NCBI GenBank assembly: GCA_963701405.1
Contig: CAVPAB010000002.1
Span: forward strand, 472,229 to 536,228
Reading direction: 5' to 3'
From: an uncultured Alphaproteobacteria bacterium
GTDB taxonomy: Bacteria > Pseudomonadota > Alphaproteobacteria > Rhizobiales > Beijerinckiaceae
Length of the DNA: 64,000 nt
This document shows positions 13,843 through 24,816 of this stretch, piece by piece. The position numbers and the translations under genes are program-made. The notes below the pieces were generated by a model. It did not search any database. It worked only from the letters and a program-made list of their open reading frames with translations, and was not told where the DNA came from. Positions within the stretch are counted from its first letter, which is position 1. The number at the start of each line of letters is the position of its first letter.

Positions 13843-15306
13843 ATGACATCGCCCGCCGGCGCCGCCCCCGAAGGTCAAGGGACGCTGACCCATCGCGAGG
13901 CGCTCTGGATCGTGGCCGCGGTCCTGCCGACCGTCTTCATGTCCTCGCTCGACCAGACCATCGTCGCCGGCGCCCTGCCGACGATTGGCCGCGCGTTCGG
14001 CTCCACCGAGCACCTGTCATGGGTCGCTTCCATCTACCTGCTGACGATGACGGCCACGACGCCGCTGTTTGGCCGGCTGAGCGACATCCATGGCCGCCGG
14101 CTGGTGCTGCGCACGGGGCTTCTCATCTTCATTGCGGGCGGCATCGCCGCCGCTCTGGCGCCGAACATGGGATCGCTGATCCTCGCGCGGGCGGTGCAGG
14201 GCGTCGGCGCGGCGGGCCTGACCTCGCAGGCGCTCACGATCCTGGGCGACATCGCGCCGCCCCGCCAGCGCGCCCGCTACTACACCTATTTCGCGCTCGT
14301 CTACACGACGGCGGGCGGGCTGGGCCCGGCGCTCGGCGGCTTCCTGGCGCAGCATGTTTACTGGGGGCTCGTCTTCTGCGTGACCGCGCCGCTGGGAATC
14401 GTCTCGATCCTCATGGGCGACCGCCTGCTGCGAAAGCTGCCGCGCCATGAAAAGCGCCGCAGGCTCGACCTGCCGGGCGCGGCGCTGATCATTGCCGCGA
14501 GCGGCGCCTGCATGTTCGTGATCACGGCGGGCGGCAAGACCTATCCCTGGACCTCGCCCGAAATCCTCGCCATCGCGGGCGCCTCGGCCATCGCGTGGGC
14601 CGCGTTCGTCCACCGGCAGGTCACCACGGTCGAGCCGCTCATTCCCCTGCATATCGTCAAGAGCAAGATCGTCATGGCGGCGATCGGCGCCAGCGCGTTC
14701 GGCTGGGGCGCCATCATCGGGCTCAACCTCTACCTGCCGCTCTATCTCCAGTACGTGCAGGGCATGACGCCGGCGCAGTCGGGCGTGCAGCTCATCGCGC
14801 TGATGATGACGGTGAACCTCGGCGCGCTGATGGGCTCGCTCGCCTCCTCGAAGATGGAGCGCTACAAGCTCTATCCCATCGTCACCAACGTCCTGTGCGT
14901 GGCGGCCATGGCCTGGCTCGCATGGCGGACAGACACGGTCACGACGCTGGAATTCCAGATCGCCCTCGTCTTCATCGGCCTGGGCTTCGGGCCCATGGCG
15001 CCCATCATCACCGTCGTCGTCCAGAACAGCGTCAAGATGAGCGATCTGGGCGCGGCGACCTCGACGCTGGCCTTCGGGCGCGGCCTGTTCGCCGCCATGC
15101 TCATCTCGGTGCTCGGTGCGGTGGTTCTCCCGGTCATCGGCCCGCAGGCCTCGCTCGGCGGCGCGACGGCGGACGCGGGCGCCGTGGTCGCCGCCTTCCG
15201 CACCCTGTTCTGGCTCACCACCGCCAGCTTCGCCCTGAGCCTGATCTCCTTCATCCTCATCGAGGAGAAGCCGCTGCAGACCAGCAACGAGGGGCGAACG
15301 GGGTGA
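13843..15306 (+). CDS. DHA2-type (14-TMS) MFS transporter
   Basis: SLDQTIVAGALPTI; GRLSDIHGRR; GPALGGFL; intact 487 aa hydrophobic ORF. Confidence 0.88.
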   Translation: MTSPAGAAPEGQGTLTHREALWIVAAVLPTVFMSSLDQTIVAGALPTIGRAFGSTEHLSWVASIYLLTMTATTPLFGRLSDIHGRRLVLRTGLLIFIAGGIAAALAPNMGSLILARAVQGVGAAGLTSQALTILGDIAPPRQRARYYTYFALVYTTAGGLGPALGGFLAQHVYWGLVFCVTAPLGIVSILMGDRLLRKLPRHEKRRRLDLPGAALIIAASGACMFVITAGGKTYPWTSPEILAIAGASAIAWAAFVHRQVTTVEPLIPLHIVKSKIVMAAIGASAFGWGAIIGLNLYLPLYLQYVQGMTPAQSGVQLIALMMTVNLGALMGSLASSKMERYKLYPIVTNVLCVAAMAWLAWRTDTVTTLEFQIALVFIGLGFGPMAPIITVVVQNSVKMSDLGAATSTLAFGRGLFAAMLISVLGAVVLPVIGPQASLGGATADAGAVVAAFRTLFWLTTASFALSLISFILIEEKPLQTSNEGRTG

Positions 15307-15322
15307 GCGCTTCCGCCGCCCC

Positions 15323-15351
15323 TTGATCCTCCTGCGCTTTGCCCTTATAAG
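15323..15351 (+). promoter_or_regulatory. Sigma70-type promoter of rpmI-rplT
   Basis: TTGATC-N17-TATAAG. Confidence 0.65.
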
Positions 15352-15360
15352 CCCGCCTTC

Positions 15361-15477
15361 GAACCGCCCGGCCGTATAGGGCTGCCGTGGCGGTTCTTTT
15401 CGCTCATTCCGATGCGAACGGCGGCGCTCCCTGGGGCGCGGCTGCAAGAACACACCGAAGGCCATGCGGCCGAGGAG
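15361..15477 (+). promoter_or_regulatory. Structured rpmI leader (hairpin plus long-range pseudoknot abutting the SD)
   Basis: Stem GAACCGCC/GGCGGTTC; loop CGGCCGTAT complementary to ATGCGGCCG at 15464-15472, next to SD GAGGAG. Confidence 0.55.
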
Positions 15478-15483
15478 AGCAAA

Positions 15484-15686
15484 ATGCCCAAGCTGAAGAC
15501 GAAGTCGGGCGCTAAAAAGCGCTTCAAGATCACCGGCACCGGCAAGGTGCGTCTACGCCCAGGCCGGCAAGCGCCACGGCATGATCAAGCGGACCAACAA
15601 GCAGATCCGCAACCTGCGCGGCACCACCGTCCTGTTCGAGGGCGATGCGCGACAACGTCAAGAAGTACTTCCTGCCCAACGGCTGA
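15484..15686 (+). CDS. rpmI: 50S ribosomal protein L35 (frameshifted)
   Basis: [22 protein letters not shown]...[18 protein letters not shown]. Confidence 0.96.
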
Positions 15687-15731
15687 ATCGCCCTTCCCCG
15701 CAATTTCCGGAGTATCTGAAGGAGTTTCGTC

Positions 15732-16105
15732 ATGGCTCGCGTCAAACGGGGCGTAACCGCCCACGCCAAGCACAAGAAGGTCCTCGAAGGCCGCCAAGGG
15801 CTTCTATGGCCGCCGCAAGAACACGATCCGCACCGCCAAGGCGGCCGTCGATCAGAGTCGATGCAGTACGCCTATCGCGACCGCAAGAACAAGAAGCGCA
15901 CCTTCCGCGCTCTCTGGATCCAGCGCCTCAACGCCGCTGTGCGCGAGCACGGCCTGACCTATTGCGCGATTTATCGACGGCCTCGGCAAGGCCGGCATCG
16001 AGGTCGACCGCAAGGTCCTGTCCGAGATGGCCATCCACGAGCCGGCGGCCTTCACGGCCATCGTCGAGCAGGCCAAGGCGCGCCCTGCCGCAGCAGGCCG
16101 CGTGA
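15732..16105 (+). CDS. rplT: 50S ribosomal protein L20 (frameshifted)
   Basis: [16 protein letters not shown]; [24 protein letters not shown]. Confidence 0.96.
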
Positions 16106-16135
16106 TCTGATCGCACGCCCGTGAGACCTTTGCAG

Positions 16136-16160
16136 AAGGCCCGCAGCGATGCGGGCCTTT
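16136..16160 (+). terminator. Hairpin terminator after rplT
   Basis: AAGGCCCGCA-gcga-TGCGGGCCTT-T. Confidence 0.6.
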
Positions 16161-16272
16161 CGCCGAGACTCGTCCGCGTCGCCGGCCCGCGCCGCGCTTT
16201 CCTCGACAAGCCGGCGCGCCTGATGGTCCCAACGCCGCGCTCTCACCAAGCGCGACCCGTGCATGGCGACCG

Positions 16273-17370
<1,098 letters not shown>

Positions 17371-17392
17371 CGGCTGACGGGATCGAGAACCG

Positions 17393-19854
17393 ATGAAATT
17401 CACCCTCTCCTGGCTCAAGGACCACCTCGACACCACGCGCCTCGCTCGACGAGATCGTCGAGACGCTGACGCGCATCGGCCTCGAGGTCGAAGGCGTCGA
17501 GGACCAGGCGAAGACGCTCGCGCCCTATCACGGTCGCCTATGTGATCTCGGCCGAGCAGCATCCCAACGCCGACCGCCTGCGCGTCTGCATGGTCGACAC
17601 CGGCGCGGGCGACGCCCGTGCAGGTCGTCTGCGGCGCGCCCAACGCGCGCACCGGCATGAAGAGCGTGTTCTCGCCGCCCGGCACCTACATTCCCGGCAA
17701 GAACATCACGCTCGGCATCGGCACCATCCGCGGCGTCGAGAGCCGCGGGCATGCTGTGCTCGGCCGCCGAGCTCGAGCTCGTCCGACGACCACGACGGCA
17801 TCATCGACCTGCCGGCCGACGCGCCGGTCGGCGCGCCCTACGCCGACCTATGCCGGGCCTCGACGATCCGGTGATCGACATCACCGTGACGCCGAACCGG
17901 CCGGACGCGCTCGGCGTCGCACGGCATCGCGCGCGATCTCGCCGCGGCGGGCCTCGGCAAGCTGAACGAGCAGCCGATCCCGCCGGTGCGCGGGCGCGTT
18001 CCCGTGCCCCGTCGAGCGTGACGCTCGATTTCGCGGCCGGACGACGAGCATCTCGCGCCCGCCTTCGCGCTGCGCCTCGTGCGCGGCGTGAAGAACGGCC
18101 CGTCGCCCGAGTGGATGCAGCGGCGCCTCAAGGCCATCGGCCTGCGCCCCATCAACGCGCTCGTCGACATCACCAACTACATCACCTTCGACCGCGGCCG
18201 TCCGCTGCACGTCTTCGACGCCGCAGAAGGTGAAGGGCGACCTCACCGTGCGCCGCGCGCGCGAGGGCGAGGAGGTCGCTCGCGCTCGACGGCAAGACCT
18301 ACGCGCTCGACCACGGACATCGTCGTCATCGCCGACGACAACGGCGTCGAATCGATCGCCGGCATCATGGGCGGCGAGCATTCGGGCTGCGACGAGAACA
18401 CGACCGACGTGCTGATCGAATCGGCGCTGTGGGATCCGCTGCAACATCGCGCAGACCGGGCCGCAAGCTCGGCATCAACACCGATGCGCGCTATCGCTTC
18501 GAGCGCGGCGTCGATCCCGCCTTCTGCGTGCCCGGCCTCGATCTCGCGACCCACCTGGTGATCGAGCTGTGCGGCGGCGAAGCCCTCGCAGCATCATCGT
18601 CGCCGGCGAGCCGCCCGAGACCCGCCATCATCGATCGATTTCCCGTGGCGCGAGGTGAAGCGCCTCACGGGCCTCGAAGTGTCTCCGCCAGCACGAGATC
18701 GAAGGCGATCCTCGAGAAGCTCGGCTTCGCGTGTCGGGCACGCGACGGCCGACCGCGCGCAGGTGATCGCGCCGTCCTGGCGGCCCGACATCGAGGGCAA
18801 GGCCGACTCGTCGAGGAGATCGTGCGCATCGCCGGCGTCGACCGCGTCGCCGTCGACGCCGCTCCCGCGCGCGGAATCGACCGTCGCCGAGCCCGTCCTC
18901 ACGCCTGATGCAGAAGCGCACGCGCATGGCGCAGCCGCGCGCTCGCCGCGCGCGGCCTCGTCGAGGCGGTGACCTGGTCGTTCATCTCGGCAAGACCGAG
19001 GCGAAGCTCTTCGGCGGCGGCAAGCCGCGAACTGGCGCTCGCCAATCCCATCGCCGCCGATCTCTCCGACATGCGGCCGAGCCTGCTGCCCGGCCTGCTG
19101 ACCGCCGCGCAGCGCAATGCCGACCGGGGCTTTGGCGACGTGGCGCTGTTCGAGGTCGGGCCAGGTGTTCACGGGCGACGGGCCGAAGCGACCAGCGCAT
19201 CGCGGCCGCCGCCGTGCGCCGCGGCACCGCGCAAGCCGACGGCGCCGGCCGTCACTGGTCGGCGCAAGGCCGCGACCGTCGACGTGTTCGACGCCAAGGC
19301 CGACGCGATGGCGCTGCTGGCGGCGCTCGGCGTGCCGCTCGGCGGCCTGCAGGTCGTTCCCGGCGGGCCGGACTTGGCTGCATCCCGGCCGCTCCGGCGA
19401 CGCTGCAGTTCGGGCCCAAGACCGTGATCGGCGCGTTCGGCGAACTGCATCCGCGCGTGCTCGAAGCGCTCGACGTGTACGGGCCCGCTGTGCGCCTTCG
19501 AGATCATCTCGACGAGCTTCCCGCCCGAAGGCGAAGGCCACGCGCGCCAAGCCGAAGCTCGATCTCAGCGAGTTCCTGCCGGTGACGCGCGACTTCGCCT
19601 TCGTCGTGGATCGCGCCGTGACGGCCGCCGACATCGTGCGCGCCGCGCAGGCCGCCGACAAGCCGCTCATCGCCGGCGTCGACGTGTTCGACGTCTACGA
19701 GGGCGCGGGCATGCCCGATGGCCAGAAGTCGGTCGCCATCGCCGTGACGCTGCAGCCGCGCGAGAAGACGCTGACCGACGCCGAGATCGACGAGGTCGCA
19801 AGCCGCATCGTCGCGGAGGTCGGCAAGAAGACCGGCGGGACGCTGCGCGGATGA
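17393..19854 (+). CDS. pheT: Phenylalanyl-tRNA synthetase beta subunit (many frameshifts)
   Basis: [12 protein letters not shown]; HPNADRL; VCGAPN; TPNRPDALG; YRFERGVDP; [10 protein letters not shown]; RDFAFVVD. Confidence 0.96.
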
Positions 19855-20186
19855 TCCGCGCCGCCATCATGGCGTGCGCGCTGCTGGGCGCGCTGGCGGC
19901 CTCGCCTGCGCACGCCCAGCGCGGCGCCGCCGCGTGCGAGAAGATTTCCGACGCGCACGCCTACAATCAGTGCCTCGCCGCCGCCGGGCCCGCGAGCCGC
20001 GCGGCGGGGGCTTCCGCCACGTCTGGCCAGAGGCCGTCCGCACGGTCCTCGCGCGCGAAGGCAAGCGAAGCGCGAACCTCCTCCCGCCGCTCAACGCGCT
20101 CGCGCGCAACCGCCCGCCGCGACGTGAATGTGCGCCGCCTGCCAAGCGGGCGCATGCGCATGGAGATCACGACGCCGAGGCGCTGA
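19851..20186 (+). CDS. Small secreted basic protein (signal peptide, Cys pair, Arg/Ser-rich tail)
   Basis: ATGA overlap with pheT; AHA|Q cleavage site; [13 protein letters not shown]. Confidence 0.65.
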   Translation: MIRAAIMACALLGALAASPAHAQRGAAACEKISDAHAYNQCLAAAGPASRAAGASATSGQRPSARSSRAKASEARTSSRRSTRSRATARRDVNVRRLPSGRMRMEITTPRR

Positions 20187-20260
20187 GGCCGGATGCGTGC
20201 GCCCCCGCACAGGCGCCCGTCCGAGCGCATGCGAGAAGGAGCCCTGCAGGGAGGGGCTTC

Positions 20261-20581
20261 ATGCGCGCGTTCCTTTCACTCGTCACACTTGTCCTCGCCA
20301 TGTCCGCGGCGTCCGCGGGCTATGTCGACAGCCCGCAATGCCGGCGCGATCTCGGCGCCGTCGACGCGAGCCTGAAGGCGACGCTGCGCGATCTCGATCG
20401 CAACAAGCGCGGATCGGCTGCGCAGCGCTGCGCCTCCTATCGCCGCCACGTCGAGGTGATGCGAAAGGCGGGCGGCGTGTTCCGGCAATGCTCCACCGGC
20501 CGCGAACGGGAGGAAAACGTCGGCCAGATGGAGGGCTCCATCGCCGACTTCCGCGAGATCATCGCCCGCAATTGCCGGTAG
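20261..20581 (+). CDS. Small secreted four-Cys helical protein
   Basis: SD GGAGG; MRAFLSLVTLVLAMSAASA signal peptide; 4 Cys in the mature part. Confidence 0.7.
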   Translation: MRAFLSLVTLVLAMSAASAGYVDSPQCRRDLGAVDASLKATLRDLDRNKRGSAAQRCASYRRHVEVMRKAGGVFRQCSTGREREENVGQMEGSIADFREIIARNCR

Positions 20582-20628
20582 CGACGCGCGCGAGGTGACT
20601 TGGCGCGCGCTTTCGCTATCGTGACGGC

Positions 20629-21033
20629 ATGATCGTAAGCCTCGCCGCCATCCTCCTGTGCCAGCTCGCCGGCGAAGCGCTGGCGCGCGGCTTCAACCTG
20701 CCCGCGCCCGGCCCCGTCATCGGCATGGCGCTGATGATCGGCGTGCTCGCCCTGCGCGAACGCCTTGCTCCCGTTCTTCCCGCCGAGATCAACGACGGCG
20801 GCGTCGAGCGCGTCTCGAAGGGAATCCTCGCGCATCTGTCGCTGCTGTTCGTGCCGGCGGGGGTGGGCGTCGTGCAGAACCTCGATCTGTTCGCGCGTCA
20901 CGGGCTCGCGCTCGCCCTGGCGCTTGTCGTCTCGACATTCCTCGCGCTGGTCGTGACGGTCGCCGTGTTCCGCATCACCTCGCGCCTGATGGGTGAGGAC
21001 GCCGGCAAGCCGGCGCCGGGAAGCCCGTCATGA
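20629..21033 (+). CDS. CidA/LrgA family holin-like protein
   Basis: PGPVIGM; LSLLFVPAGVGV. Confidence 0.9.
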   Translation: MIVSLAAILLCQLAGEALARGFNLPAPGPVIGMALMIGVLALRERLAPVLPAEINDGGVERVSKGILAHLSLLFVPAGVGVVQNLDLFARHGLALALALVVSTFLALVVTVAVFRITSRLMGEDAGKPAPGSPS

Positions 21034-21767
21034 ACGCCGCGCCTCTCGCCTCGCCCGACTTCGCGCTGTGGGTGTATCTGTCGCGCACGCCGCTGCTGTG
21101 GCTCACCGCCACGCTGCTCGTCTATGCGATCGCCGACCGCGTCTCCGCGGCCACGGGCCGGCATCCGCTCGCCAATCCCGTGCTGCATTCCGTGTGGGCG
21201 CTGGGCCTCATCCTCGCGCTGACGGCGACGCCCTACCGCACCTATTTCGAGGGCGCGCAATTCGTCCATTTCATGCTCGGCCCCGCGACGGTGGCGCTGG
21301 CGATCCCCCTGTGGGAGACGCGCCGCCAGATCGCCCGCGCGCTCGTTCCCATGCTCGCCGCCCTCGCCGCAGGCGCCGTCACGGCGCTCGTGTCCGCTGT
21401 CGCAATCGCCATGGCGCTGGGCGCGCCGCGCGAGGCGCTGATCTCGATCTCGCCCAAGTCGGTGACGGCGGGCGTCGCCATGGGCATTTCGGAAACGCTC
21501 GGCGGCGATCCCGCGCTCTCGGCGGCGCTCGTCATCCTCACCGGCATCCTCGGCGCGCTCATGGTCACGCCGCTGATGAACGCGCTGGGCGTGACGGACT
21601 GGCGCGCGCGGGGCTTTGCGGTCGGGCTCGCTTCGCACGGCATCGGCGCGGCGCGCGCGTTCCAGGTCAACGAGACGGCGGGCGCCTTCGCCGGCGTCGC
21701 CATGGGGCTGAACGCCCTGTTCACGGCGCTGATCGTGCCGCCGATCCTGCGCCTGATGCTGCCCTGA
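21030..21767 (+). CDS. LrgB/CidB family protein
   Basis: LGPATVALAIPL; PKSVTAGVAM; GLASHGIGAARA; overlaps the CidA stop. Confidence 0.92.
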   Translation: MNAAPLASPDFALWVYLSRTPLLWLTATLLVYAIADRVSAATGRHPLANPVLHSVWALGLILALTATPYRTYFEGAQFVHFMLGPATVALAIPLWETRRQIARALVPMLAALAAGAVTALVSAVAIAMALGAPREALISISPKSVTAGVAMGISETLGGDPALSAALVILTGILGALMVTPLMNALGVTDWRARGFAVGLASHGIGAARAFQVNETAGAFAGVAMGLNALFTALIVPPILRLMLP

Positions 21768-22739
21768 TCAGAGCTTGAGGACGATCTTTCCGAGCTGCCT
21801 GTTGGCGCGCATGTAGTCCTGTGCGGCAGGCGCCTCGTCGAAGGCGAACACCTTGTCGATGACCGGCCTGATGCGCCCGCTCTCGAAATGCGCCATGAGA
21901 TCGGCGCACATCGCGCGCGTGATCTCGATCTTCTCGTCGAGGCTGCGGGTGCGGAACGTGACGCCGATCAGCTTCATCCGCTTCAGCGCGATCTTGTCGA
22001 GGTCGATGGACTCCATCTTGCCGCCGAGGCGCCCGATGGTGACGTAGCGCGCCTTCACGGCGGCGGCGTCGGTGAGCGCGCCGAACAGCCCCGCGCCGAC
22101 GTTGTCGGCGATCACGTCGACGCCCTTGTCGCCGGTCGCCGCCATGCAGGCGGCGACGAGATCGTCCTTGCCCTGCTCGATCGGCAGGTCGAGGCCGAGG
22201 CCCTTCAGCCGCGCCAGCTTGCCCGCATCGCGCGAGGTTCCCGCGACGAGCCGCGCGCCCATCGCGCGGGCGATCTGGATCATTGCGATGCCGACGCCCG
22301 CGGCGGCGCCGGCGATCAGCACGCTTTCGCCGGCCTTCAACTCGCCGTTCGTGACGAGCGCGTCATGCCCGGTCGAGAAGAACACCGGCGTCGCCGCAGC
22401 CTCCTCGAAGCTCATGGAGGCGGGGACTTTCATCGCCACGCGCGCGTCGCACAACGCCATTTGCGCGTAGGATTTCGTCGTCATCGACATGACGCGATCG
22501 CCCGGCCTCCAGCCCTCGACGGCGGTTCCGACCGCGATCACTTCGCCGGCCATCTCCATGCCGGCGATGTTGGCGGCCTTGTTGTCGGGATTGGCGATGG
22601 GGCGCGCGAGTTCTGCGCGGTTGAGGCCGATGGCGCGCACGGCGACGAGAAGGTCGTTGGCGCCGGGCGAGGGTTCGGGCGCATCGCACAGTTCAAGAAC
22701 AGCGCCGCTGGCGCCCTTGGCGTTGACGAAGGCTTTCAT
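21768..22739 (-). CDS. NADPH:quinone oxidoreductase (MDR superfamily, no obvious Zn ligands)
   Basis: AIGLNRAE; GMEMAGEV; GAAAGVG; GKIVL C-terminus. Confidence 0.85.
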   Translation of the reverse strand: MKAFVNAKGASGAVLELCDAPEPSPGANDLLVAVRAIGLNRAELARPIANPDNKAANIAGMEMAGEVIAVGTAVEGWRPGDRVMSMTTKSYAQMALCDARVAMKVPASMSFEEAAATPVFFSTGHDALVTNGELKAGESVLIAGAAAGVGIAMIQIARAMGARLVAGTSRDAGKLARLKGLGLDLPIEQGKDDLVAACMAATGDKGVDVIADNVGAGLFGALTDAAAVKARYVTIGRLGGKMESIDLDKIALKRMKLIGVTFRTRSLDEKIEITRAMCADLMAHFESGRIRPVIDKVFAFDEAPAAQDYMRANRQLGKIVLKL

Positions 22740-22799
22740 GCGTTTCCCCCTTGCGATGTTGACGCAAGACTAACGGCAGGAAGCCTGCGAGCGCCAGAC

Positions 22800-23654
22800 C
22801 TATTCGCCGAACACCACGGTCTTGCGGCCGTTGAGGACCACCCGGTCCTCCACATGCCAGCGCAGGGCGCGCGCGAGAACGCGGCGCTCGATGTCGCGGC
22901 CCTTGCGCACGAGGTCCTCGGGCGTGTCGCGATGGGTGATGCGCTCCACGTCCTGCTCGATGATCGGACCTTCGTCGAGGTCGGCGGTGACGTAGTGGGC
23001 CGTGGCGCCGATCAGCTTCACGCCGCGCGTGTGCGCCTGCGTGTACGGGTTCGCGCCCTTGAAGCCTGGCAGGAACGAGTGATGGATGTTGATGCAGCGC
23101 CCGATCAGCTTGGCGGTCAGCCCGTCCGACAGGATCTGCATGTAGCGCGCCAGCACGACCACATCCGTCTGCGTCGCCTTGATCAGCTCCCAGAGCTGGG
23201 CTTCCTGCTCCATCTTGGTCTGCTTCGTGACGGGCAGGTGATGGAACGCGATGCCGTCGAGGTCGATGTGGTCCCACGTCTCGCGCGGGTGGTTCGACAC
23301 GACGGCCGAAATGTCCATCGGCAGCTCGCCGATGCGCCAGCGGTACAGGAGGTCGACGAGGCAATGGTCGAACTTGGACACGAGGATCATCGCCCGCTTG
23401 CGGTCGGCCATGTCGCGCATGATCCACGTCATCGCGAACCGGCCGGCGATGGGCTCGAATCCGGCGCGCAGCCCGCCCGCCTCGGCCTCGGCCTCGAACG
23501 TCACGCGCATGAAGAACAGGCCTGTCCCGATGTCGTCGAACTGCTGTGCGTCGAGGATGTTGCAGCCCTTCTCGAACAGATAGGTCGACACGGCCGCCAC
23601 GATCCCCGGCCTGTCGGCGCAGGAGAGGGTGAGCACGTACGATGCATGCGGCAT
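22800..23654 (-). CDS. purU: Formyltetrahydrofolate deformylase
   Basis: ACT domain [12 protein letters not shown]; [10 protein letters not shown]; [16 protein letters not shown]; [10 protein letters not shown]. Confidence 0.96.
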   Translation of the reverse strand: MPHASYVLTLSCADRPGIVAAVSTYLFEKGCNILDAQQFDDIGTGLFFMRVTFEAEAEAGGLRAGFEPIAGRFAMTWIMRDMADRKRAMILVSKFDHCLVDLLYRWRIGELPMDISAVVSNHPRETWDHIDLDGIAFHHLPVTKQTKMEQEAQLWELIKATQTDVVVLARYMQILSDGLTAKLIGRCINIHHSFLPGFKGANPYTQAHTRGVKLIGATAHYVTADLDEGPIIEQDVERITHRDTPEDLVRKGRDIERRVLARALRWHVEDRVVLNGRKTVVFGE

Positions 23655-23881
23655 AGGCGGCCTTTGGATGTCATGCGCGCGGGGCGCGGGAGGGCGCGAA
23701 GTCTTAGCGCGGCGAAGGGATTGGCTCAAGCCGCGCCGGAAGCGGGTCTCACGCGCCTGAAGGTGGCGGGAGCGCCGCCGTCGATGGGCGTTTTCCCACG
23801 CCGCTCGAACGCGCGCTCTCGTGAATGTGTGGGCGGCGTCCGGCGCAGACCTGTCCGCGCAGGCCCTGCATGACTATTCTT

Positions 23882-23965
23882 GGCGGCACTTTTTCGCCCG
23901 ATTTCAGGTAATTGCGGCAGGGTGGAACCCTTACGGGTCGCGCCGCGTCACATTTCGGCCTATAT
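23882..23965 (+). promoter_or_regulatory. chvI upstream region with repeated GCGGCA/GCCGC boxes (possible ChvI autoregulation)
   Basis: GCGGCA at 23883 and 23914; GCCGC at 23942; CTATAT -10-like element at about 23960 with no clear -35. Confidence 0.35.
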
Positions 23966-24012
23966 AGGCAATGAGTTTGCGCATCCCGCGCGCAACAACC
24001 CCCGGATTCGTA

Positions 24013-24711
24013 ATGCCGACAATCGCCCTGGTCGACGACGACCGCAACATCCTCACCTCCGTGTCCATCGCTCTGGAGGGGGAGGGCTATCGCGTACAGA
24101 CCTACAACGACGGCGCCAGCGCCCTCGACGGGCTCAAGACCAATCCGCCCGACCTCGCCATCTTCGACATCAAGATGCCGCGCATGGACGGGATGGAGCT
24201 TCTGCGCCGCCTGCGGCAGAAGTCGGACCTGCCGGTGATCTTCCTCACCTCCAAGGACGAGGAGATCGACGAGCTCTTCGGCCTCAAGATGGGCGCGGAC
24301 GATTTCATCCGCAAACCGTTCTCGCAGCGCCTTCTGGTGGAGCGCGTCAAGGCCATCCTGCGCCGCGCCAACCCCAAGGAAGCCGCCGCGCAGAAGGAAT
24401 CGGAAGCGCGCATCCTCGAGCGCGGCCTGCTGCGCATGGATCCCGAGCGCCACACCTGCACGTGGAAGGGCGAGCCCGTCACGCTGACAGTGACGGAATT
24501 CCTCATCCTCCAGGCGCTCGCGCATCGTCCCGGCGTCGTGAAGAGCCGCAACGCCCTGATGGACGCCGCCTACGACGACCAGGTGTACGTGGACGACCGC
24601 ACCATCGACAGCCACATCAAGCGGCTTCGCAAGAAGTTCAAGCTCGTCGATCAGGACTTCGAAATGATCGAGACGCTCTACGGCGTCGGCTATCGTTTCC
24701 GCGAGGCCTGA
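24013..24711 (+). CDS. chvI: Response regulator ChvI/BvrR
   Basis: [18 protein letters not shown]; [11 protein letters not shown]; [16 protein letters not shown]; ETLYGVGY. Confidence 0.96.
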   Translation: MPTIALVDDDRNILTSVSIALEGEGYRVQTYNDGASALDGLKTNPPDLAIFDIKMPRMDGMELLRRLRQKSDLPVIFLTSKDEEIDELFGLKMGADDFIRKPFSQRLLVERVKAILRRANPKEAAAQKESEARILERGLLRMDPERHTCTWKGEPVTLTVTEFLILQALAHRPGVVKSRNALMDAAYDDQVYVDDRTIDSHIKRLRKKFKLVDQDFEMIETLYGVGYRFREA

Positions 24712-24816
24712 GCCGCAGGTTGCGAGGGCTCTTCGCGAGGCCCGGCCTTGGACACAACATGACGCCGCGGGCGGTTTTCGCTCACCGCCGCGGCCAATCG
24801 GGGATATACCCGGCGC

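Noticed and set aside
20629-21767. Prophage lysis cassette
   Set aside because: CidA/LrgB are common chromosomal genes; no endolysin, structural or integrase genes nearby.
21888-23873. Long antisense or alternate-frame ORFs (e.g. 661 aa here; also 24865-26541, 34259-36430, 39570-41561, 49128-51143)
   Set aside because: Shadow ORFs of real genes, expected at high GC; Arg/Ala/Gly-rich with no motifs.
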